DNA of 64,000 bases, taken from contig OZ024750.1 in NCBI GenBank assembly GCA_964016885.1, positions 50,034,001-50,098,000 of the forward strand. The letters are read 5' to 3'. The translations under genes were made by a program, and so were the position numbers. Shown here piece after piece: positions 1-16,962 of this stretch (positions are counted from its first letter, which is position 1; every line of letters begins with the position of its first letter). Source of the DNA: Eledone cirrhosa (lineage: Eukaryota). Under the pieces are notes generated by a model. It saw nothing but the letters and a program-made list of their open reading frames with translations, made no database searches and was not told where the DNA came from.

Positions 1-744
1 GAATAGACTACCATTCATGCTATCTTAAAGAAACTATCACGAAATATGTTTTCGCTTAAAGATCTAGAAGCAGTTTCTCAAAAGATTTATTAAATGAGAA
101 TATTAGAAATAGTTTAGTGTGCTGAACTATAGGTCAATGTCTGTAGCAGGACAGAATGGATGTAGTCTTGTTATGCATATCGTGTTTTATATAACATTAG
201 ATATCACAATGGTAATTAAATATCGATGTAAGAACTCGCTATTTCTTAAAGTATGTGTTACCGATAATAAATTTTACCGACTTCATTATTTAGGACAATA
301 TTCAATATGTTAGCTACTTCTCTGTCTGGGCAATGCTTTTGCTCATTAACATAATTACACGTTCGTTGAGTGAAGCAAACTGAATTCCATATATATCATA
401 TCAAGGCAAAATGGCTTAGTGGTAATCGTGTTCATGAGTTCGTTCCCGGCGGAGAATTGTGGCAAGATTTTACGGTCACTCAAATGAGAAAAATGAGTTG
501 TTCCTCTATCTGAAATGGCCAACCTTGTTGCACACTCTGTCCCAATTACTCACTCTGATAATGTCTCCTGTCCATCTTCTAGGGTACAATGAGAAACCTA
601 TCAGTGAGACTTTGGTCCTTCTCCATATGCAGAGCTATTATTATCATGCTAGAGATGTTAAGGCCATGGGGTGTCTATTATATTATAGGTGTCATACATT
701 TCTTGTATGGCGGCGATTATGCAGCAGAAAGGGTAGCAAACAGA

Positions 745-774
745 GATCAGAGAGTGTGTGTGTGTGTGCGTGTG

Positions 775-810
<36 letters not shown>

Positions 811-912
811 CGTGTAGATGATTTGGGAGTAGTAGCAATATCGTTAATGTAGTTTTTAAACTTACGTTGTAACGGATCTTGACGGAACGGTGTGCATAAG
901 AGTATGTTTGTT

Positions 913-995
<83 letters not shown>

Positions 996-1022
996 GGGAG
1001 AGTGAGACAGAGAAAGAGAGAG
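745..1022. repeat. Compound (GT)n/(GC)n and (GA)n microsatellites
   Basis: Visible dinucleotide runs at about 745-815 and 914-1022; the overlapping ORFs are repeat translations. Confidence 0.95.
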
Positions 1023-2265
1023 ACTGCGAGTGAGAGAAGTATAAACAGAGAAATACTGGTGATAGAAGCAACGCCAAATATTTATTTATATATAACATTT
1101 AATAAACCATATTGAGTTGTAATACTTGGCGGTTGCTTATAATAAAGCCATGTAATCTCTAAAGTGTTAGCTAGTCATTAGGGCAGTTTCATATATAGTG
1201 TAATAACACATTTCCAACTGTGTCATCCTTAAATGAAATTTTGTATTACAACAAAGTTTGGTGTCCATTGTAAGCATGAGGAGATCGTGTTCTATTGTTT
1301 TGAAATTATGAAGTATTCATATGTAAATAACTTTAAGTATGTAAGAACACGTAACTCCTGGTAAAGTAGTAGGGGTGAGAGAGGGAAGGGGGAGTGAGAA
1401 TGCGATATAGAGGGAAGTCGACCCAAGTACTGAAATGGCGCATGTTTACTGATCTAAAAAGTATGAAAATCAAAGTTGATCTTGGTTGGATCTGATATCA
1501 GAGCGGAGGCAGCTGGAACAAGTATCACAACACACTATATACTCGACTTACTATTTGCTGTGCCAGTTTGCTGCTTAATTTAAAAGTAAAAGAATTAATC
1601 AAAGTGACGGTGATTCTTTTAGCCGTTGTAACGTTGTCCGTGTGATGGTAATTTCGTGGGTTTGCTTCTATTACTGGTAGCAGCAGGTTTTCAAACCTAT
1701 GACGGACTAGAATTTGGTTCAGGTGCAGGTTTTGTATTCTCAGTTGTTTGGCGTCAATGTTACTTGGATAAGATCCGGCAAATGAGCTTCTCTTCTTAAG
1801 GCACGTTAATATGTAACTTAACTAAGTATTAATTATTCTTCTAATTGTTGTAGTCAAGGTTCTCACGCAATGATTATCGATAAAGTCTGTAGTTGAGATT
1901 GCTATTATTTACGATATTACCACAGTTTTATATTTTTTCTAGAATGTCAAATAAATTACGCATTATAAAACATATAAAACAATGATATAGCTTTAGGAGA
2001 GCATGAACATTTAAAAAGAATAAAACATCGAATAAATGATTCTTTTCTAATTTAAATATATTTTAAACAGTTTATATTAATGAATAGTTCACATTCTAAT
2101 ATGAATATATTTTTAATATCCCTAAATCAAAACGCTATAATTTAGTTTTATATGAAATAAATATCAATCTAATCTATTGTTTTAAGTCCAGAGGCATTTC
2201 TGAAGTTATAATAGTAAATATTTTAAACGGCTCGTGATTTATTTACTTGAAATGTATAGTAGAAA

Positions 2266-2428
2266 ATATACTTTATCAACAGATATTTATTAATCATGTG
2301 GTATACCATTAACAAGTAAATAATAAAATTGAAAACCATTGACAAATGTGGCTGCTTTATTAACATATATATAGCCAAAACCAGTTGACGCCGCTCTCTC
2401 TCTTCTCTCTCTTTCTCTCTCTCACTCT

Positions 2429-2499
<71 letters not shown>

Positions 2500-2638
2500 A
2501 GAGAGAGAGCGGGGTCAAATGGTTTTGGCTATATATATGTTAATAAAGCAGCCACATTTGTCAATGGATTTTCAATTTTATTATTTACTTGTTAATGGTA
2601 TACCACATGATTAATAACTATATGTTGATAAAGTATAT
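2266..2638. repeat. Fold-back element with ~130-bp inverted arms around a (CT)n/(GA)n centre
   Basis: atatactttatcaac...ccgctctc is mirrored by gagagcgg...gttgataaagtatat with a few mismatches; the right end runs into (CTAT)n/(TA)n. Confidence 0.9.
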
Positions 2639-2651
2639 CTATCTATCTATC

Positions 2652-2771
<120 letters not shown>

Positions 2772-2791
2772 TATATATATATCTGTATATA

Positions 2792-2840
<49 letters not shown>

Positions 2841-2845
<5 letters not shown>

Positions 2846-3005
2846 CAAATTCAGGACTCCGATGGCTGAGCTCCTCCCGTTTCGACAGCTAAATCTATCT
2901 TAGCCATCGGGATCCTGAATCTGTTCATATTATCCACTCTACTACTCAAAGCATCGAGTATTCTGGTGAATTATAGTCCACATAGTATCGTACCACACCC
3001 TCTCT
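2841..3005. mobile_element. Short fold-back element between (TA)n tracts, related to 20221-20415
   Basis: atgaacaaattcaggactccgatggct pairs with agccatcgggatcctgaatctgttcat; the tail ctactactcaaagcatcgagtattctggtg resembles ctactaccctaagtattgagtactctggtg at about 20348. Confidence 0.65.
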
Positions 3006-3022
3006 AATATATAATATGTATA

Positions 3023-3300
<278 letters not shown>

Positions 3301-4081
3301 TCTGTTACTGCTGTTCTTATGAAGATTAGTAAACAAGAAATATGACGATATGTTTTTTTCTCATAATTATTTCAAAATATCTATATTCTATAAACATAAA
3401 TACAATAATTGTAATGATAATAGAATTTAGAAATGGAAATCCGTTAATCTTGAAGCATCTTAGGGTAAACAATATTCGTTGTGTAATTTTTTTTTTATGT
3501 CCAAATGAAGAAATGGTTGCTACACATTCACATACATAAACACTTACATACATATATTAAGGAACACACACACAGACATGCATTTACGCAGACACACTCA
3601 TAGATTCTCAGATAATTTTTATTGTCAGTCACATATGTATGTGTATGTGTAGATGTGTGTGTATCTAAAAATAAATGTGCACAAACAAAATCACAGGCAC
3701 ATACATATCCATATACAACATGTGACGTAATTGTCTGGTTTTCTATTGTTTTAATCCAAATGAAAGTAAAAATGATCGCACATACACACGCGCACACTTA
3801 CACTCTCACACACAGACACTCTCACATACACTAACACACACACACTCATACACTAACATACATATACTAAGATACACACAGACATACGTTCAAGTACACC
3901 TATTATTTGTCTGTCGCCACTTATGTATATGTTTGTGTAGATGTGTGTGTAGATATTTAATTATGTGTGCGTGAAGATAATGTGTATGTAACTTACTGAT
4001 GCTATATGTATGTGTGTGTTTTTTTCTTTGAGACGTAACCTACGTAACGAACTCGCAGACACAAACACAGTCATATACAAA

Positions 4082-4154
<73 letters not shown>

Positions 4155-4219
4155 TATACAGATGGACTTACTTTCTAATATGTATGTATATATATACATA
4201 TATATACAGATGGACTTAC

Positions 4220-4268
<49 letters not shown>

Positions 4269-4370
4269 AATGTTCTATTAAAATTGTTGGGATACAACAA
4301 GTAAATATTTATTACTGATATAAAGCACTCGACAAGTTTTTGGAGTAGATATACGATATTAATAAATGGA

Positions 4371-4875
4371 AACTATATTTATAAAACCATATTTATTTCA
4401 TTATACATATTTCAGGGATACCATATTAAATTATGGTATGCCTTCATGAGACAAAATACAATATATAACAGTTTTAACAATAGCATTGACATACCCTTTT
4501 AAAATACAACCATTACTTTTGGAGGCTGTCTGGATAGTGATTTAGTAAGTTATAGTCTAAAGTTTCTAAACTAAACATATAGTCATTATTGAACAATGTT
4601 TAATTTCTCATATTATATATCTATGTCCCATTCATGAATATTGATACTTATATTTTTATTATTCATTTCATATGAATTGTTAACTCAACTTAATATAACA
4701 TGACGTACAATTTCAGACAGCCTCCACAAGTAATGGTTGTATTTTAAAAGGGTATGTCAATGCTATTTGTAAAACTGTTATATATTGTATTTTGTCTGAT
4801 GAAGGCATACCATAATTTAATATGGTATCCCTGAAATATGTATAATGAAATAAATATGGTTTTATAAATATAGTT
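4371..4875. mobile_element. PLE-type fold-back element (~160-bp inverted arms) carrying a hammerhead motif
   Basis: Arm 4371-4532 is the reverse complement of 4714-4875; another copy of the arm lies at about 28231-28397. Confidence 0.85.
4788..4852 (+). ncRNA. Minimal type I hammerhead ribozyme motif
   Basis: Stem I tattttgt/atgaaata; core CTGATGA; long stem II aggcataccata..tatggtatccct; GAAA; palindromic stem III atatgtat; AUA triplet. Confidence 0.75.
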
Positions 4876-4899
4876 TTGTTGTTATTGTGCTTGTGTATG

Positions 4900-9050
<4,151 letters not shown>

Positions 9051-9559
9051 CGTGTGTGTGTGTAATTCTTGACTATTACATTCAATATATTTTAAAAATA
9101 AGAACAACAATATATAAAACAATCGTCGGCTGAACACTTGCAATATAAATCACGTGATCTACAGGAGTACTGTGACAATTTCGATGCATAAGCGAGTCAG
9201 TCCTTATGAGTGTTATGCACAACTCAGCTCTGAAATATGATGATTTTGCAATAACACGAATTTCACCTCGAATTCTGTACTCGTGGTTCGCAAAAATATC
9301 CTCAAGTATAGCACAGCCAGAAAATGTGGGCTCGAGATTTACAATGAGGAGTACGTAAACTATAGAGATATTGTTAAAATTGTGTGGTATATGGGATACA
9401 CTATACAACTTTAACCAACCTACACAATTATACTTCCCACCGCTTCACACACACCTTTTCCTGAGAAGGTATTGGAGGTAGAATCCTCAAACTCATCTTC
9501 CAGGAGCAAGAAGTAATGTATGAAATCTGATGCTTCTTGGTACATATAGTTATGGGTTA

Positions 9560-12100
9560 GGGCTACCCAGCAAAGTGCCATGGCTTTGCTTCTGTAGATT
9601 TGGATGGAGGATATAAAGTCCACTATTCAGAAGTGGTGTCAGAAATGACTGCACGGGTGGGAATGGGGATGTTCACAAATCGCCGACTTTCAGAATGTAT
9701 TACAAACTGGATCCTACTGGGAGGGAGGAATTCCTTTTGAAAATAAAGCTGAAAGAAGAGTTTCTGTGGAAGATGCAAGTTTATGGATCTAATAGACAAT
9801 CGGAATAGAAACATTTCCTTGACGAAGTTACTGAAGTGGTAGATGTAGTTAAGACTCAGTCATATATCCTAATAAGAAACCTCAATATACGCGTGTGCAA
9901 TGATCATCAAACACGAAAATGAATGATTGGAAAGTACGGCCAGCCTGATCTCAAAACGGACAGGGATTTCTTCGTAGAATTGCTTTCTGGTTATGGTCTC
10001 TCAAATGTGAAAATCTTTCACCACAAAGATATCCATTAGTATACATGGTATGAGTGAACACTGGGACAGAGCACAGTAATATGTTTTTCCTCTGATTATT
10101 TTGATTCTGAGTTGGATGTTAGGAGACAGGATGTGCTGACATCCAATCAACAGCTAGTAATTTACAGCCTGGTACTATCTATAGCCAAGTCACACTGTCT
10201 AGATCAACAGAATAAATTGGAAAGAGCCGGTTAATAAGAGGGTCAAGATTAAATATGGGGACACTATTGCATCTAAATCTAGAGACATCTTCGAACAAAA
10301 TGGGTATGTTGAAATAGACTGGGAATTGTATAGCGTAGCAACTTCTGTTTCAGTTGTTAAAGCGGCTTGTTGTGGTGCCCAAGAGCAGGAGAATTACCTG
10401 ATTCAATCAGCAGGTTAAAGACGCAATATGGGGTAACGGTGGAGGCTTACAATCTTGATTCATGTTACAACCAGGGGCTAAAATTCACAGTAGTGACAGT
10501 AAAACGATTCAAGGCGAAAAAATGGGAAGGCTTTGAGGCTAATCTGGAATCTGATATCAGATCAGTAAATAAAGTTTTCAACCAGACGAACCGCTGACTT
10601 CGTAATAGGAAGCCCCCACCCCTCCCCCTCCACGCCTGCTTTCAGGAGCTTCTCTCTAGATCTTTCTGAAGACAGATGAATCTCTGCGAGGTGATTAGAA
10701 TATTTTGCTAATTTCCTTATTCAGCTCCCATCTTCTGGTGTACATGGGATATATCTAGGGGCGAAAATTACACTCTCGGTGGATGTGTTCAGAAAGAAAC
10801 TAAGCCCAAATGTTGCAATGCATATGGAGATCGCGAAATTGGGCCTCACGGAAGTAAGTCTCTGGCTGATGTGTGAATGTCGGGTAGCCTGGATCTCTGG
10901 TAAGTCACTAAAGCAATGGCAATTGGAAGTGATAATCCTAAGAAGAGTGAAATTCCTTATTAAGCTTCACTGGTTACGTTTATGCTAAATCTCTGACGAA
11001 GAGATGTAGGTATATTGTCGAGTCCTACCTAACCTGGTAAACACTGTGGTTTTCGTCCCCAACCTATCAGAATCATGCAAATATTCACACTGCAACAATT
11101 CTTCGAGAAATCGCGAGAGTATAGCTTGTTTCGTGGACATTTAAAAAGGCTTATAACCACTTTGCCGATTATATTTTGTGGGAGGTTTTGCAGGAATACG
11201 GACAGCTTTTCGTTGCCTGAAATTACCTATACGAATGTTCAAGTATTTGTGTCCGGATAAATTGTCTTACGTCTAAGCCATTCCACAGATGCATCGGACA
11301 CCATCATCTGTGTGTACGTCCAACTCTCCTGATCATAATCTTCATGAACAGGATTAACATGCGGACGCGGGGGGAAGTGATATCAAAACTGTTGTATGTG
11401 GGATAACACGACTAGAATTTGCAGCTGACATGGTACTCCTTAACTCATTTCAGTATGAACTTTGCCATGTGCTAAATAGGTATGCCGCAGAGTGTTGCAT
11501 GGCAACAAAAAAAATTAGTTCCTAGAATACTGAGACACTTGTTATCTCAAGGAAGTTTGCTCAGTGTACTCTACAGGCTAAACTAGCTGTACTGGAGCCT
11601 GTAGAGAACCAGTGACATTTTCACGAACGCTGCAAGGCAGGAGGCAGAATTCAATGCAAGAATTGCAGGAGTTGGTGCAGTAAACCGCCAGCTTTAGCAA
11701 ACGGCCATCAGAAGGGAGGTAAGCATAACAGCAAAACTGGCTATCTGAATTCGGTGTCTGCGCCAAACCTTACATACAGTCATTGATCTTGAATAATAAA
11801 TACGATCGAATAGAATCGGCTGAAATAACCTCAAAAGTAGGGGGCGTATCTCGGATACCGGGGAGTCGCTCCAGATAAAACCCGCTACTTCTGCAATGCT
11901 ACGGACATGTATAAGGAAATCAACGCTGGATAGATTTTGCCCAGAAGACGATCGCTAACAAGATGGTTGGATAACATCAATGAGTTAGGTTGGTCTCAAT
12001 TTGGCACCCAACCATGAAGACGGTTGCTTCTGATAGGAACCCCAGGTACGCGTGCCTGAGGACGTCGCCAGCACATTACCCTCTGAGTAAAATATGGATG
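9560..12100 (+). mobile_element. RTE-clade LINE fossil (APE + RT remnants)
   Basis: Broken frames give IGKYGQPDL, HKDIH*YTWY and LDVRR (APE); CGFRP and QIFTLQQFFEKSREY, LKKAY, LWEVLQEYG (RT); and RWLDNINELGWSQFG (RTE C-terminus). Many stops and frameshifts. Confidence 0.8.
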
Positions 12101-13874
12101 CATAAGAAGGGGTTGTTGAAGCTGCTGGTGGTGGCGCAGGACCCTTTAATATTCAATGATAAATTATTGATTGGACGTGCCTAGTTGTATACCACCAGGA
12201 ATAATTTTATGCAGAGAATTCAAGGTTAGGAGACTGAATATCAAGATGGATATCTGGTTGGTACGTGAGAGGACGTTAGGGAGACATATTGGTAGTTAGT
12301 TAGATGTATAGATGTATTCAATGTAAGCGATTGTCTTTGTGGATAGGGGACTAGCGTGTTGTGAACTTTTGCAAATCTCTAAATTTTAACTCAGTCTCAA
12401 CTGCAGAAACCAGTTGTACTCCTAATTCAAATTAGGAGGTACGTTGATTACTGATAAGTGTGTTGGACGTACGTTCATAATGTTGTGGATTCGATTCTGG
12501 ATTGGGCTCTGAACTATGTTCTTCAGCAAAACACTTCATTTCATCTTTCTCTAGTATATTCAGCTGAAAATGAGTACTATCAATAGCTTGGGGTTCAACT
12601 ATGCGGTGGACTGACATCCTATCCAGGAGGAGTATTGTACTCTCAATTGCTTAATGCCTCAGAAATCGGGATAATCCTCTCCGGATTAATGAACCTCTGA
12701 GCTCGGAACAGACGTTAGACTTTTAGACTAATTCAAAAGGCCAACTTGTTACACTCCCTTTCTTACCGAATCTTATTAAGAATTGCATTTACGGGTACAA
12801 GTGTTTCTGGAATGCCCAGCATCATGGACGTTCAATTCATGAGCTGGCGCCTGTTCCGTTGGTGAAACAGCTGGAAAAATCCTCATGAGAATCGACGGAG
12901 GTACAAAACCAACAACAGATATATTCATATATTTAAGTGTATTGAAATATTGTTTTCCCCCGTGACAAGTATGTAACACGTGCTTAAGTTAATATTTTAT
13001 AAACTCTATACTGGAACTATAACAGAATATTTGCCTCCTTGGAGAATTAAGAGATCAGTAGATGCCAATTCGACTGCTTTGCTAAACACGTTTGTGCTAT
13101 TCCTCTAACATGTATTCCGCCTGATTCTTTTACAAAGAGATGTAAGAAGCTATTGAATAAACTGAATTCAACCTATTTTACATTACATTACATCCACTTA
13201 TTCCTATTGACATTAGATCCCATCATCTTACAGTAAGATAACTGAATATCAAACTTAAAATATTCCTAGCCTCAAGGGCCATATTAATTCACTACCATCA
13301 AGTAAAATTCACATTGAAATATCTATGATATTCACATCGACAGTTTGTAATATGATACTTGAAAAGACATCAGAAGAAAACGAATTTAATATTTTGCATT
13401 TGCAGCCATATGAAATAAAGTTGGAATGACAAAGATTCACATGGGAATTTATGTATGCATATGCAGAAATCGGATTAGAGTTGTGTAATATTCAATATAA
13501 GAAATTAACATAAGTTAGTCATATAGGAGACGACGTTGGAAGAACAGACTGGAATATATATATTAATAATGTTTATAATAGCAGTAAAATAGAGGGCATG
13601 AACAAAATTCCTCTGGATGTATTCCTCATAACACTATATAATTTTAGATTATTCATAATATAAAATAACAGAATAGATAAAAAAAGAAGTCAATCATCAG
13701 ATCAGACCTATCTTAGATGTGTTAAAAAGAAAAAGCAAATGGAATGGCTACGTAAGGAACATCTTTGATCATAGAGACTTTACTATGAATATTTATCTAA
13801 GACAAATCAATTTCAACGTCATTTAGTCATCAACCATTTTACATTAGTTATACATTAGTCTGCAAAATATAAAA

Positions 13875-14066
13875 TAATTGTTTCTACTTTTGGCACAAGG
13901 GCATCTATTACCCCAGTGTATTACAAGTACTTTATTTTATCGACCCCGTAAGGATGAAAGGCAAAATTAACCTCGGTGGGATTTGAACTCAGAATGGCAA
14001 AGCCCGTAACTCAATGCGTCAAAGCATGGCGTCCGACCCTCTACTGATACTGCCAATCCATGCCAC
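13875..14066 (-). mobile_element. tRNA-derived SINE, same family as 7339-7527
   Basis: Reverse complement of the core: ttttatcgaccccgtaaggatgaaaggcaaa...gggatttgaactc. Confidence 0.9.
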
Positions 14067-14343
14067 TTATTGTATACAATTTTTCTTTATACTCTGCACT
14101 CCGCCGTATACAGTACCCTCATGACATACCTCCAAAGTTCGGCTGTCACTCTAAGCTGTCACCCACATGCGATGTTGAATAATTATTTTTTTCGTTTTGT
14201 TTTCTTTCATCGCCACCACTCGCTATAACGAAGCTGTTTCTTTACACATTTTCGCCGAATTCTGTCTATCAAATGTCTTCAATATGTCAAAATCAGATGC
14301 ATTCCAGATTCCAAGCTAAAACATACACACAGATAGACACACA

Positions 14344-14630
14344 TTAACTTTGCCTTTCATCCTTCCGGGTTCGATAGAATAAAGTACCAATAATGCATTG
14401 GGTAATTGCTGGCCTTGTGCCAAAAGTAGAAACAATTATATATATAGGGCGGTGGATTGGCAGTATCGGTGGAGGGTCGGACGCCATGCTTTCCAGCATA
14501 GTTACGTCCCTTTACGATCTGAGTTCAAATCTCGCCGAGGTTGACTTTGCCTTTCATCCTTACGGGGTCGATAAAATAAAGTACCAGTAATGCACTGGGT
14601 ATTTGCTGACCGTGTGCCTAAAGTAGAAAC

Positions 14631-14635
<5 letters not shown>
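14344..14635 (+). mobile_element. Two tandem SINE copies (3' half 14344-14438; full 14446-14635)
   Basis: Core and tail ggccttgtgccaaaagtagaaacaatta are repeated; the second copy has the tRNA-like head. Confidence 0.88.
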
Positions 14636-14678
<43 letters not shown>

Positions 14679-15506
14679 TAACTCGTGTGCTTCCTCTCCA
14701 CATTTTATTATTGTATATATATATGTTTGTGTGTGTGTATGTATGTATGTATATATATATACGATTATTTGATCCAAGTGATACAATACAGTCAGCAGAA
14801 AATCACCAATTTCGATGGAATGAAAAAGTGTATATAAAATCGAAATGCATCAAAATGTAGGTAAGTTTTCATATCACAGTATACTGCATATTACTAAGTG
14901 AATATTTTACATGTCTTTTTCTATTTAATTTTGTATTTTCGATTCACTCTGCAGAAAATGTTGAAACCATTCTATGTATAATGGAAAACATTGTCGCCAT
15001 GCATGAACATGAGATGCGAGATTTTTAAGAGATCTTCATTTTAACAAACTTTGGTATTGCTTGGTGATGATATGTCATGCCTAAAAGACTTTTAGAAAAA
15101 ATAAAACAGACAACTATACCATCATATCACTGTCAACTCACATGCTGCTACAAACTATCTATTCAAACGTATATATGGTTATAATTCTCTGCATAGGTTT
15201 GACTGCTTAGAGTCTGTGTTGAAATTAGGTTATGCGTGGTATATATACTTTATTTCAAATATATTTCCTTTGACTAAAGTTGCGGCGTTGTTGCCATGTG
15301 ATTGTTAGGCGTTTCACTGCATTGTAATTGTATCTCTATAGTTCAAAGCTAAAACTTCAAATGCGTGTTTTGATCACTTAAACATAAAACCGCTCACTAT
15401 AAATACTTTCGAAAATATATGTTATTTCAAGGAATAATACTAAAACGATAAATCTAAGATGGACGGAGTTTGCTTACTCCGACGCCGTATGATATCTACC
15501 TATGTA

Positions 15507-15610
15507 TAATTGTTTCTACATTAGGCAAAATGCCAGCAATTTCCCAGTGCATTACTGGTACTTTATTCTATCGACACCGTAAGGATGAAAGGCAAAGTCA
15601 ACCTCGGCAG
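15507..15610 (-). mobile_element. 5'-truncated SINE copy
   Basis: taattgtttcta...gtaaggatgaaaggcaaagtcaacctcggc matches the family in reverse. Confidence 0.85.
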
Positions 15611-15999
15611 ATATATAATACAAAGTTTTAGTTGGGATAAAAATATAAGACAACATATGTCGATCAATCGTTAAATATATCCACCTTGTCTTTCTCAAGT
15701 AAAATATGTTCATATATGTGTAATGTGTCTGTGTGTACGAGTGTGCGTATGTGTGTGTGTAGAAATTGTTTACCGGCATTCGTGTTTCATATTTGCGTTC
15801 CCCAAATTCGAACTAAAACCAGTTGCCCATGGGCATCGGTCAGGAGAATGTTTAAGAGTTAAAGGGAACTCTGTTATGTTTATGTCATTTAACTGAATAA
15901 TGACAACATAGATGCTAAAATAGATGCAAATCCAGAAATATCCGCTTACATAATTAACTTATCTTATTTGCTATGGATTATGATCGTTTCTTTGGTTTA

Positions 16000-16085
<86 letters not shown>

Positions 16086-16113
16086 TATGTGTATATATAT
16101 ACATATATATACC

Positions 16114-16157
<44 letters not shown>

Positions 16158-16198
16158 GTATATATATACCGTTCTTGAGTCATCTAGCCATTGAAGCT

Positions 16199-16244
<46 letters not shown>

Positions 16245-16252
<8 letters not shown>

Positions 16253-16962
16253 TGTATATACAGTATATTTGACAATATACCGTATGTTTAATTAAAAACA
16301 ATGTGAAGAGCTTGCGCTATTATTTTAGAGTAGTGACTACGTCGCTTACACTTTTTTTTCAACAAACAAAGGGAGATAAGCTGACAGATCAGTTTCGTAC
16401 TGTTGGTAATCATCAGATCATAGGACTCGGATTTGCCTGTTGAAAATTACTGATGATTACAAACAGTATGAAACAGATATGTCAGCTTATCTCCCTTTGT
16501 TTCTTGAAAAATGTAAGTGACATAGTCACTACTCTAAAATAATAGCGCAAAGTCTTCAAATTGTTTTTAATTAAGCATACAGTATATTGCCAAATATACT
16601 ATATATACATTAATGTACACATCGATATTTCAGAGCACCAAATCTAATTTTCAATTTTTGCTGGACCGGCAATCGCTCGGTATAATCAGTTCCTGATTAT
16701 TACTGGAATTCTATAAGAAACCAACATCTATAATTTTCAACTAGCAAACGCTAATGCTAAGCTCTGATGATTACCAACAGTTTGAAACAGATCTGTCAGC
16801 TTATCTCCCTTGTGTGTTGAAAAAAAAGCAAGTGACATGGTCACTACTCTAAAATAATAGCGCAAGGACTTCAAAATGGTTTTAAATAAGCATACAGTAT
16901 ATTGCCAAATATACTATATATACATTCATGTATACAGCGCTATTCCAGAGCACCAATTCTAA
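16245..16962 (+). mobile_element. PLE/retrozyme-like element: one inverted arm plus two direct copies (period ~314 bp) with hammerhead motifs
   Basis: 16245-16416 is inverted relative to the direct repeats starting at ctgatga 16450 and 16764; flanked by (TA)n. Confidence 0.8.
16758..16803 (+). ncRNA. Minimal type I hammerhead ribozyme motif
   Basis: Stem I taagct/agctta; CTGATGA; weak stem II; GAAA; perfect palindromic stem III acagatctgt; GUC triplet. Confidence 0.7.

Noticed and set aside
12781-12900. Possible exon with a CPASWTFNS lectin-like start
   Set aside because: All three plus-strand frames contain a stop, splice signals are weak and no partner exons were found.
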